A stretch of 64,000 nt of DNA from Heteronotia binoei (lineage: Eukaryota). The position numbers and the translations under genes are program-made. The stretch spans positions 155,868,001 to 155,932,000 of the forward strand of contig NC_083223.1 of NCBI RefSeq assembly GCF_032191835.1, written 5' to 3'. This document shows positions 37,734 through 48,620 of this stretch, in pieces. The notes under the pieces are model-generated. The model searched no databases. It was not told the origin of the DNA and worked only from the letters and a program-made list of their open reading frames with translations. Each line of letters opens with the position of its first letter. Within the stretch, counting starts at the first letter, position 1.

Positions 37734-38191
37734 TGAGGTCTGCTGTAAAGTTGATATTTTGGATTGCCTCATCTGGGGGTGTCCCTAAAAGGTGAGCCAA
37801 TTCTTTAGAAGCTGAAAAAGTATAAGTAGGCGGTGCTCTTAGACCGATCTTCCTATACCATGGGTCATAGTCCATGCTCAGTTCGGGGGAGGGGGGAATG
37901 TGACTGTACGGTGTTGTTCAATTTCACCACCAGGTCAGGAATGCTTTTATAATAGCCGCTACTGAATCTGTATTTCCACTGTTTCTCCTTGATAACGATT
38001 ACAATGGTGGAATCTTCGGTGAGGGTCTTCCAGCTGTGAGGATACTGTATTTCCACAAGCCCATCCTCCCAGGCCCTTGGAAGGTCCAACGACCTTGCTA
38101 GATGGGTGGTAAAGGCTGTTGTAGTGTTCTGTGGAAAAACACTTGGGCATGCGTTGCTAGGGAGGGTGATAAAAAAGCCGCTGTCAGTCAT
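37731..38191 (-). pseudogene. Maverick minor capsid (penton/PX) protein, N-terminal part
   Basis: FFITLPSNA...FPQNTTTAFT, GLVEIQYPHSW, GYYKS; continues after a frameshift to ...LAHLLG...ADLT. Confidence 0.85.
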
Positions 38192-38198
38192 TTTTTTT

Positions 38199-39407
38199 CT
38201 ATATAGGATCACAGAGTTGAGAAGCAGGAACCCAGCTGTTAAATTTATCAGGCCACCCTAACCACTTCATTAGATGTTGTTTTCTCTTTCCCCTGCCTTT
38301 GGAGGCTAAGATTTTCTCGATTCGATACACTCCGTCTGCTTTACTCTTAACTTTTTGTAGCTCTTCAGGATAGAATGAGCCTATGATGGGGTCTCCGGCA
38401 TAATCTTTGAGCAAGTACACAGGCCTCTTGCCTCTACAGCTGACCTGTTCTACTATAAATAGTTCATTTGTGAAGCTCCATTCATATCCTTTTACAAAAA
38501 CTCCTTTGCTTTTAGACACACGCACATGGTCTCCTTTTCTAATGAAAGGCTTCTCCTTTACATTTACCCCAACACAGTCTCTGTAAAGCGTTTTCCACAT
38601 CTTATGAGGGTTGGTGTGGTTTACATCCACAGGACGGGCTCTGATTGTCCTGTGAAAGCTGTGGTTGTAACTTTTAATAAGCAGCGGCAGGACGTCAATA
38701 CATCTGAAGGTGTTGTTGGCAGTAAAATACCTCCACGTTTTTGTTTTTAATGTTCAATTGAAGGGCTCCGCAATAGCTGCTTTGACTTCATTATGGGTAT
38801 AAACGTGGTGGACTCCGTGTTGCTTTAACACGCTGCTTACAGACTGGTTTAGAAACTCTTTACTTGAATCAATCTGAAGCTTGGCAGGTATTCTACCTTG
38901 TTTGAAAATTTCCTTAAGCACTTTCCCCCCTCTTGTCTTTTAAGGCCAAAGCCCAGGCATATTTAGACAATATGTCAACCACTGTTGTAGCCATCATTAT
39001 TTTTGGAAAATTTCTGCATATCAACTAAATCTGCTTGCTACTGGGCATCGGAACCAGAAACCATGGTCTTGTTTCTCTTAAAGCGGACACGGGCTTGCTT
39101 ATGCAATGTGTAAGCATCTTGCTCTGAAAGCCAGTTAGTTACATGATTTTGAATGAGAGTCCAGGCAAATAGGCATGAAAAACCTCAGCTTGAGACCCTG
39201 GAGAGCCGCTGCCAGTCTGAGTAGACAATACTGACTTTGATGGACCAAGGGTCTGATTCAGTATAAGGCAGCTTCATATGTTCATATATGTTTACACTGC
39301 TTTTTGGCTGCCTGGAAGAGAGACCTCACCCCGCCAAAGTTCCCTGCTTCTCCGGGTGTATAATACATGTGCCTTAAGGCCTCCTCTTCATCAACTGCCC
39401 CACTCAT
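38199..39407 (-). pseudogene. int: Maverick retroviral-like integrase with C-terminal chromodomain
   Basis: MYYTPGEAGNFGGV, WLSEQDAYTLHK, QADLVDM, DILSKYAW; chromodomain YRIEKILA...KWLGWPDKFNSWV; stops, frameshifts and a SINE insertion. Confidence 0.93.
39160..39285 (+). mobile_element. 5'-truncated tRNA-derived SINE (Squam2-type) in the integrase gene
   Basis: TGAGACCCTGGAGAGCCGCTGCCAGTCTGAGTAGACAATACTGAC...TATAAGGCAGCTTCATATGTTCA matches the 3' half of the copy at 42571. Confidence 0.8.
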
Positions 39408-39542
39408 CGCCCGCTTAACTCAGAAATGATCACACCAGGTTATAAAACAAATGTCTTTATTGTAACAGAACTACTTCTTCCTCTTATTATTCATTTTATT
39501 ATTCTTTTTCTTGTCGCACTGGGTAACTTTGGTACAGAAATA

Positions 39543-40215
39543 CTACACACACAAAACATTCACGTCAACAGGGTTACCGATATGAAGATTACTAAAAGCC
39601 TGGATAAAATTCTCATCAAGCTGTCAAAATAAAATAAAAAGAACAGCTCAGTGAAAAAGTCCATCACCTGCCTTCATTATACACCCATTCACAAACACTG
39701 CTTTACCTGATTACCTATGAGTTTGACACCGCATTATCTTGTTCCGTGGATTCGTCTAAAACCTCTTCATTTTCACCCCCCTCTGGAGTTTCATCATCAT
39801 CTTCAAATGGCTCAGCAGGGTCCCGGTAAATACACCACAGTGGGTTGGGCATTCCCAAGTCCATCTCATCTTCAGGGCGGCTGGAAAGCTCCGTCCACAC
39901 ATCATGCTGGCTTCCCCATGCAGGCATCATCGTGTTTTCTGTTCTGCCATTTATCTCAGGAGTTGCGGGGTGCTTGGGCATCTCCGCAGCCTCATTGGAG
40001 ACCAGGTAAGTACAGCGCATGGGGACAACTTCACTAAAGTACATAGTAGATGCAGAAGGGATGTCAAATTCCAGCTGCCTGGCAGGAGCGCCAGTGTTTT
40101 TGAGGCTAGGCCTCCCCGATGGTGGTGGTGTGGTGAATACCTGGGACCTGGCAGGAGTTTCCATGTTCTCAGCAAGAGCCTGTGCATGTGTGTTCAAGCA
40201 CAAATAGCTTCTTTC
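39543..40215 (-). pseudogene. Maverick accessory gene C: Pro-rich and acidic, at least two exons
   Basis: 501-nt exon 40215-39715 (TTATTTTAG acceptor, ends TAG|GTAATC), 94-nt intron, 78-nt last exon 39620-39543 (LDENFIQAFSNLHIGNPVDVNVLCV*), and AATAAA downstream on the minus strand. Confidence 0.65.
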
Positions 40216-40379
40216 CTAAAATAACCGGGGGGGCCTCAGCCCATTTGCTATTGGCCAGGGGTGACTGGGCGTGTTGTTAGAAGGATCACATGAACCTACT
40301 CAGGCCTTCTCAGTGGCAGCCCCCATTTTCCAGGGTGGGATGCCATAGGCGGAAGTTCAATGACACTGCACTAGGTGGC

Positions 40380-40921
40380 GCTGGAGAAGGGGGGAGGGGT
40401 GGGAGCTACACATGTGATTTCCGGCCTACTCAATTAATATGCAGGGATGTAGATGCTGATTGGCCTGGCTACGCCACGTGGTGTGAGTCAGTAAGGTCAT
40501 TTCCTGGAGGAGGTGCTTAATTAAATATGCAGGTAGCTACGTCATGGTGGGGCATAGATGGTGATTGGCGGGGCTAGGTCACGTGGGGGTGGGGCTAGAC
40601 AGGACACCTCCTGGTGAGAAGCACTTGATTAAATATGCAGGGTGTCTACATCATGCTGGCGCCCCCAAAATAGGTCACTTCCGTCCTCCATTTGACGCAG
40701 TTTCCTGTCATGTGACTCTGGGATCATGACCTGGGTGACGTCATTGGGGCCATGACCCAGATGACGCAGTTTCTGGTGACATCACCGGATGTGATGTCAC
40801 TGGCCACGCCCCTTCATTAAATATGCATGGGGTTGACACAGTTTCCGGTGATGTCACTGGAAGTGACATCACTGGCCACACCCCCTTCATTAATAATCCG
40901 TGGGGAGGCCTATTTACTACT
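40380..40921. promoter_or_regulatory. Maverick right terminal region with dense transcription-factor-site repeats
   Basis: TTA(A)ATATGCA x4, GATTGG (CCAAT) boxes, CACGTG x2, TGAGTCA, TGACGTCA, GGAAGTGAC/GTCACTTCC, and GC boxes. Confidence 0.7.
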
Positions 40922-41888
40922 TGCCTCGCAGCAGACAGGTAGCTATCTGAAAGTTAGACAAGGCCTGCATTATTTTGCTTTATGTGTTACCCTTATATGA
41001 TCAAGTATAATTTATTGTATGGGCCGATGTTGTTAGCCACCCTGAGCCTGCTTCGGCGGGGAGGGCGGGATATAAATAAAATATTATTATTATTATTTAA
41101 TCGCATAATATTGGCACAGATAAAATCATGCTTGACAAAGTAGCCAAAGCTTTACATATTTTGCCTTCTATACATAGCCAAATATTCTGTCTATCCAGCA
41201 CACCTTTACTATTTCATTATATTATTTGAGTTTGAAGTACATATTTATGTGAAATAATTGCACTACATTAGTTCTTTTAACATAATATGATGATTTAAAA
41301 TAATTAAACCAATTAATGAAACTGAATTATGTCCTTTAAAGAACTAATTAACTTAACTTTAGATCACAATACCATGTATACCAAAACTACTGCCACAGAG
41401 AAAAGAGACTTGAAAAAAGAGATTGGTGCATCCTCCTTAGTCTATAGCCCTGAAGGCAGAGAGGATTTTCTCTAAAACTAATAGGATTAATAATAATCAA
41501 TAATATAACAGTCAAGACACCAAAATACTTATTGTATGGGAAAGTGAAAAAATACCCCTCCATTAGAATCACAGTTGTTCGAAGCAGTAACTAAATCCAT
41601 ATTCTTCTAATTTTGTTTTACCATATTGATGAAATACACTGAGCTTTGAGTACAATTACCACATTTCTTCAAACAATCAAAAAATGTTATAGTATCCATT
41701 CTAAAGTGGAAAGTAGCTAGCAATAGCATTATTAGACAATTAGTGCATATGTTTACCAGAGCGTGCATATTGCAACTCTCATCTTAAAGTTTTAGTTCAA
41801 TGCAAGTTCTTCTCTCTTCGTTACATTATTTTACATCCTACCCCACTTTCACACACTTCCTTGCACCTTTCCCATATGGTAACCTAAC

Positions 41889-42100
41889 AGGGTTGCCAAG
41901 TCTGTGTTGGAAAATTCCTGGAGACTTTGGGGGTAGACCCAGGATAAGGTGGGATTTGGGGAGGGGAGAGGCCTCAGCATGGTACAATGCCATAGAATCC
42001 ACCCTTCAAAGCAGCCATTTTCTCCAAGGGAGCTGATCTCTGTCGGAGATCAGTTATAAAAGCAGGACATCTCCGGGCCCCACGTGGTGATTGCAACCTA
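41889..42100. mobile_element. hAT Blackjack-like MITE, degraded
   Basis: (C)AGGGTTGCCAA...TTGCAACCTA termini; related fragments at 56521-56600 and ~57170-57320. Confidence 0.65.
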
Positions 42101-42570
42101 TTTTAATCTCCTGTTCTGCAGAAGATATACCAGACTCTTGGGGATGATAGTTTCAAAACATTATTAAACCTGGTTCCTAGTGGAGAGCCATTTCTGCCCT
42201 GCTTCCAATACTCAGGTCAGGCATACAACATCACCCTTGCCACAGTTTTCAGGTACCAACTTCAGGGGGGGAGACTCAGAATAAGTAGTATCATTGCATT
42301 AACTCAGCTAAAGTACTATGATACCAGATCCTTGCCTCCCTCTTTAAAACTAAGCATCTTACTCAACCGAAATCATTTTTTGGACAAAAAAGGAGTCTTC
42401 CTTTATGTTTCCTGATATAACAAACACATTGAAGATAATTGTGCCAATATAAAGATAACAGCTTCTAAAATAAAGTTTTATTGACTTCGGTACTAAAGCA
42501 GTAAAAATAAACTCCTTGCATCAATATCACCTGGCCATTACAGCAGCAAAACCAGGCTTTTTATACTATG

Positions 42571-42775
42571 TGGGAGGGGCTGTGTGGAAGAGCCTCTGCT
42601 TTGCAAGCAGAAGGTCCCAGGTTCAGTCCCTGATATCTCCAGTTAAAAGGCCAGGTGGGAGATGATGTGACCTCTGCCTGAGAACTTAGAAAGCCACTGC
42701 CAGTCTGAGTAGACAGTACTGACCTTGGTGGACCAAAAGGTATAATTCCGTATAAGGTAGTTTCATGTGTGTTCA
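42571..42775 (+). mobile_element. tRNA-derived SINE (Squam2-type)
   Basis: Head ...GCAGAAGGTCCCAGGTTCAGTCCCTG (B-box-like) and a tail shared with the 39160 fragment. Confidence 0.8.
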
Positions 42776-43023
42776 ATGAATTCCTGCTGTGATGGCACAG
42801 AAATATTTCAGCAGAACTTAAAATTGCATTTTTTTCTACCTTATAAATTATCTAAACTAAAATGTAAAATCAGTTCCAGGGCTAACAAACTGGTGATAAA
42901 ATTAGCATCTGAGGAGAAAGCTGAAAGGGATTACTTAAAACTGGAGCAAATTCCTGGCCAACATAATAAAAACACTCATATATTCTTACATTTTAAAGAA
43001 CACTTAAAGCTACTCAAAAACAC

Positions 43024-43080
43024 CTCTGCCAACTTGTCTGATCTTTTCCCCCCATGCTTCATATTCAATCCTGATCCAAT
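43024..43080 (-). CDS. Candidate 57-nt host exon (open in two frames)
   Basis: GTTAGTTTCAG acceptor and GAG|GTGTTT donor; reads IGSGLNMKHGGKRSDKLAE (phase 0) or DWIRIEYEAWGEKIRQVGR (phase 1). Confidence 0.3.
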
Positions 43081-44332
43081 CTGAAACTAACAGCAGCCTC
43101 TGCAACTTCATATATTCAACTCATACTCTTTGGATATTCAATGCAATCAGTACACTCCTACTATCTATTTGAATATTTTTTAACTATGTCTGAACGTTTA
43201 CTGTTCCACTCTTTGTCTGGACTGCCTTTTCTTAATGGTGTTTGGAGAACAAAGGGAGTCTTCATAAAAGAATATAGGAATATTCTACTGCAGCAACTAA
43301 TGCCTTTTGATACAATTGTTACCAATCTACTGGGTTACTATTTGCTCTGAAGTTGCCATTGTAAGTACAAGCTACAGACAACTTTGAACCTTTCTCTGAT
43401 CACTAAAAAAAATTCCATTTCATTGTATTTGAAGAAGTGTGAGTGCACACAAAGGCTTAAACGTTTTAATAAAATTTTGTTGGTCTTTGTGGCAGGATGT
43501 GCTCACTCTGACCTGCAAGCCCCATTCTGCCCTGCCTTCCTAGGGGTTCCCAACTCCCTGGAGGGGCTTTTCCTTCTATCTAAGGTGGCCCACCACCACC
43601 TGCCCTTTTTGCAACGAATTGCCCACTGGGAGAGACAGGACTCCGAGCTTCCCTTCCAAGATCCAGAGGCCTTGCCTTTATGCCACCCGCTGCCCAGCTA
43701 CCAAGGGGACAGTTTACTGTTTTGTGTGCCCCTGGGAAATAGCCAGTTGCCAACTGCCTGCCTCTCCCCCTCTCCAGGGGCTCTCTTTTTAATATACCGT
43801 GTATGAAATAGTGAGGGACTATGTGCTACAGAGAACCACTTCCAAGAATCAAAAGCTTAATTTAGTAAAAAGAAAATCCTCGGTCCCTCTCAGCTATACA
43901 TGCCCTAACAGATGTTAAACTAGGACAGGCTCTTTAGCAAGTTACAACTCCCTTCCGAGTGCTTATTACCTTGAGGGTTGGTTCAGCTCTCTAGGCCAGC
44001 TGCATGGTTCAACGCTGAGGCCTGCTCCCAGCCTCAGGGGTCTGTTCAGTGTCCCAAGGAAAAGAGAGCCCACCTTCCTCTTTGAACAAACCTGCATCTC
44101 CTCCCCCTTGACCCCAATCAATCCAGATCAAGGCTTATTTTCTTGTTGTCCCCTGTAAGCACCTTCCTATAACATGTCTAGCAAAAAGTCCTCCAAACTT
44201 TTATGTTCCCTGCTTGCAGAAGGGGAAGGGTCAACTGCCCCATCCCATTGTCTCTAGAAGACCAATTAGTATTTCTTAAGAGATGACTCTGGAAGGCCAT
44301 GGGCTACTTTCCTCCCACGTCCCACTTGTTAA

Positions 44333-44608
44333 AGAGCCAGTTTGGTGTAGTGGTTAAGTGCATGTACTCTTATCTGGGAGAATCAGGTTTGATTTCCCAC
44401 TCCTCCACTTGAACCTGCTGGAGTGGCCTCGGGTCAGCCACAGCTTTCATAGGAGTTGTCCTTGAAAGGGCAGCTGCTGTAAGAGCTCTCTCAGCCCCAC
44501 CTACCTCACAGGGTTTCTGCTGGGGGGGAGGGAGGTAAAGGAGATTATGACCACTCTGAGATTCAGAGTGTAGGGCGGGATATAAATCCAGTATCTTCAT
44601 CTTCTTCT
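44333..44608 (+). mobile_element. Squam3-type SINE
   Basis: Same head and tail as 18134-18416, more diverged. Confidence 0.85.
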
Positions 44609-45642
44609 TAATAGCTCAGAAAAAAAACTGGTCAAACCACACAGTCAAGCCCTGCCTATTGCCAACCACCCAGGAGACAAGGCATTTCTCCACAGTCTTA
44701 AAGATTCTAATGGGCTCAAACTTTGTTCTGCTGCTTCAGGCCAACATGGCCACCCACCTGAATTTATCTTCCTTGATCATAAGACATCCTTTGCAACCTT
44801 AAGTTTCTCACATAGGACAGCCACGAAATTGCCCCCCCTCCGTGACACTGATGCAACAACAGCATGGGATAACTGCAGGAACAGTTGTGTAAATAAAACT
44901 CCACTGTTATTGTTGCTCCAAACTAAATACCAAGACATGGGAGTTAGGAATTTCACAAGTATTTCAAAGAGTACTAAGATGCATCCAAACTATTGTCTCA
45001 GTGCTGAATAGCTACCAGTTGTTGTTTTTAAATGATCTTGCTGCATAATACTAGGCAGATATGTACAACTCCTCTTGTCATGAATTAATTACCATCTTGT
45101 ACAAAATTAATTTTGTAGAAAAAGTTCGGCATGAACTCAGTTGCATTTTAGGCCACACACCTCTGATGTTGCCATTGTTTCATACAGGGCATTTTGTAGA
45201 AAAAGCCCAGTGGGCACTCATTTGCATATTAGACCACACACCCCTGACACCAAACCAACCAGAACTGTGTTCCTGTGCATGCCTGCTAAAAAAAAACGCC
45301 CTGACCATGATACTCGTATGGCCTTTAAGTTAGAATGTGAGTTATTTATTTATGTAGGGGTGCAAATTGCTCCAATTCCAGAGAAACTTGCCCAAGGCAG
45401 CTTACAAAAATAGATGTTAATAAAAAACAAGCATTAAAAACTCAGCCATAGTTTTTAAAAAAAAACAAAACAAAACCATTAAGCTCCTTTAAATGAGTAT
45501 CAGTTTTCAGGATTAAAGCACATTGTAAAATGCTATTAAAAGATCCAACCCTTAATTAAAAGCCTGGGTAAAAGAGACATTTTTGCCTGGTGCCTAAAAC
45601 ACAGTAGTTTAGGGAGCCAGGCAAGGCTCAAGAGGAAGGGCA

Positions 45643-46100
45643 TTTTATTTATTTATTTATTCTATAACTTATATCCCGCCCTTCCCACAAAGTGGCTCAG
45701 GGCGGCTCACAACAAACAATAAAACAATAAAACAGAGTTCAAAATTATTACATTTAAAAGTTAAAACATTTAAAAACCTAAAAACCTTAAAATTTTAACA
45801 TTAAATCTATACCATATGAGTCACAGAAGTCTAATAAGCTACATTTATTTCCCAGTCAGGCATAGGCTAACCGGAAGAGGGTTGTCTTACAGGCCCTGCG
45901 GAACTGAGCAAGGTCCCGCAGGGCCCTCACCTCTTCCGGCAGCTGGTTCCACCATGTAGGGGCCATTGTGGAAAAGGCCCTGTCTCTGGTTGTCTTGAGA
46001 CGGACTTCCTTAGGCCCGGGGATGGTGAGAAGGTTTTGAGTCCCAGACCTCAGTACTCTCTGGGGAACGTGTGGGGAGAGACGGTCCTTCAGGTAATGAA
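45643..46100 (-). mobile_element. L2 3' end nested in an older L2 fragment (~45340-46195)
   Basis: RVLRSG...RAFSTMAPTWWNQLPEEVR...FRRACKTTLFRLAY (45856-46137) and a (TTTA)n tail. Confidence 0.85.
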
Positions 46101-46215
46101 ATAGGTAATGAAAAAGCTGAGTATCTTGTTGCCTCACCTCACCTTTGATGGCAGGGGTACAGAGAGCAGGGCTTCAGAGGAAGATCTTAAATGGTTGTTC
46201 TGAATTCCTAGAATG

Positions 46216-46351
46216 CAGGGGTGGCCAACGGTAGCTCTCCAGATGTTTTTAGCCTACAACTCCCATCAGCCCCAGCCAGCATGGCCAATGGCTGGAGCTG
46301 ATGAGAGTTGTAGGCAAAAAATATCTGGAGAGCTACTGTTGGCAACCCCTG
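46216..46351. mobile_element. 136-bp palindromic hAT MITE
   Basis: CAGGGGTGGCCAAC...GTTGGCAACCCCTG; whole element self-complementary; TSD CTAGAATG/CTATAATG (7 of 8). Confidence 0.88.
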
Positions 46352-47174
46352 CTATAATGGAGTAATTTAAAGCACAGTATAGAGAAAAGACTGCTGAACC
46401 CTGCAAAAGCATCTCTTCATCTTCAGTTGTTCTCCCATTGGGTTACTTTTCATTGCCAGGGGAAGGGGAGTTGGGGAAGGTAAGCATGTTCAGCAAGCTC
46501 TCTCCCCTATTCTATTTATTCATATTCCTCTTGTCTGCTCAGTGGGGACACAAAGCAGGTTACAACCCTATGCTCCCCTCCTCCATTTTATCTTCATAAG
46601 TTATCTTCTGAAGTAAGTTAGACTAAGAGAAACTGACTGACCCAATGACACCCAGTGAGTTTTCATGGCAGAGTGATTATTTAAACCTGGTTTTCTCAGA
46701 TCAGATCGACTTTTAAAGGGAGTTAGATTAATGGCTGCCAGCCATAGTGAGTAGAGGAAACTACCATATAAAAAGGCAGCAAAAGTCTGAATATCAGTGC
46801 TGGGAGGCAGCTTGAAGGAAAGGGCTCAGCCTCTGTGCCCTATTTGTTTAAAGCTCCCAGATTTTCCCCAGTCAAAATACTTTAAAGGAAAGACACATCT
46901 TCACCTTTCTTTTTAATTTTAGAGGATAGCCATGTCGGTCTGCAGTAGAACAGGCACTTTTGGGATTTACATTTCATAGCACCCACAGGCCCAAAACTAA
47001 ATGACCTCTCTAAGCAGGTAGGTAACTATCCAGTCTTTGCAGTCTTTAGTATCCCATTCGAATGTTCATAATAAAGCTAAGAGAGTTCTTGTCCACTGAA
47101 GTTCCTTATCAGACATTTCAGCCTTCAACTAAACAACATTTTTCTTACACTCATTTTGTGAGCCTGAGAACATT

Positions 47175-47693
47175 CTGTATTACAGTGGCTCCCAACCTTT
47201 TTGGCACCAGGGACCGGTTTCGTGGAAGAAAGTCTTTCCACAGACCAGTGGGGGGCAATGCTGGGGATTTTGCTGCCCCAGACTGCCCCCATGCCCCATC
47301 CCTGGCACCCATGGAAGACTTTAAGGGGGGGGAGACTGGGGCTATATTAGCTGCCGCCCCACTAGGCGGCCAGGCAGTAGAAGGCCAATCTACCTCCCCC
47401 TCCCATTTAAATGAGGGGTAAGCTAAGGTTGCAGCAGCACTGCCCCTTCCACCAGCCTGGGACCTAGGCAGACAAAGGAGGCAGTGTAGCCTTGCTCAGA
47501 AGCTGCCTTTCTGTGGAACGGGCAGCGGGACTGCTCTGCCTCACTCTGAGGCTGCCTTCCTGCCTTGGGGAGTCTGACCGGTTCCCAGGCGGGCGGGGGG
47601 GGCGATGCTGCACCTCTGCCTCGCTCCACAGCCCAGTTGCTAGCAAGCCACAGACTATTATCAGTCCGCAGCCTGGTGGTTGAGGACCCCTGG
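47175..47693. mobile_element. hAT (Charlie-like) MITE
   Basis: CAGTGGCTCCCAACCTTTTTGGCACCAGGGACCGG...GGTTGAGGACCCCTG; ends shared with 2809-3351. Confidence 0.75.
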
Positions 47694-48044
47694 TATAGAA
47701 CATTCTAAACATGTTAAAGGCAACCTGGGAATTATACATGCAAGGATGCAACTTGTGTTGAAAAGATTTCAGACTGAACCATGTTCTGGATTTACAACTA
47801 ATAAGCTGACCTGTTATACTTTCTGGGGCTGTAAGATCTAAAAAGTAGGGTATAAAGACTCTTTTTTACTATCTTCTACAATAATCTAACAATGTATTCA
47901 TATGAAATCCTTGCCCACCACCAGCCACAAACTCAGGTAAACCTCACAAATAATTAAACTTTCTAGATAAGAATGTACCAAAATAATTTTGCAGTACATA
48001 GTGATAAAAAGTAGCATTTGCATACAGAATGTAATCTATTAGAC

Positions 48045-48620
48045 CAGGGGTGTCAAACTCATTTGTTATGAGGACCAGATCTGACATAAATGAGACCTTG
48101 TTGGGCCGGGCCATGTCAGGCCATGTTGGGTCAAATTTATAAAGAACACAGACAAACACAAATATATATTTTTAAAAAACTTTAAACATGCTTAAAGCAT
48201 TAGCACTCATTGGTCTTAAAGGTGCTTTCTTTGTATTTCTCCCATGGAAACCAGGAAACTGGTCAAAGGAAGCTCTGGCTCTTTCCTTCCCTCTCTAGGG
48301 GACAGGGGGGAGGAGCCTCAGTCAATAGAAGGAAGAGAGGCTTGGTTCAGTAGCTCTGCTATGCAATTGAGAGAGCCTGGCAAAGCAAGCTATTCCTCTC
48401 CCCTTCCTCCCCAAGGGAGGAGCCTCAGACAATGGAGAAAATAGTTTTGCTCTGTAGCTCCTGTGCAGCTGAGCAAGCCTTGCAAAGCAAGCTGTTATGC
48501 AGAAGGAAGCAAGAAATAGGTTATGCAAGCTGTTATGCAGAAGGAAGCACATGACAGGGGCCTGACAGGAGCCCTCCGAGGGCCTGATTCGGTCCCCAAA
48601 CTGCATGTTTGACACCCCTG
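48045..48620. mobile_element. hAT MITE (family A)
   Basis: CAGGGGTGTCAAAC TIRs, perfect TSD TATTAGAC, homologous to 23589-24177. Confidence 0.92.

Larger units (their letters stand above)
29771..40921. mobile_element. Maverick/Polinton (adintovirus-like) element, internally deleted and decayed
   Basis: Ends AGTAGTAAATAG...CTATTTACTACT; 6-bp TSD TGCCTC (29765-29770 and 40922-40927); contains pPolB, ATPase, minor capsid and integrase remnants in converging arrangement. Confidence 0.95.
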
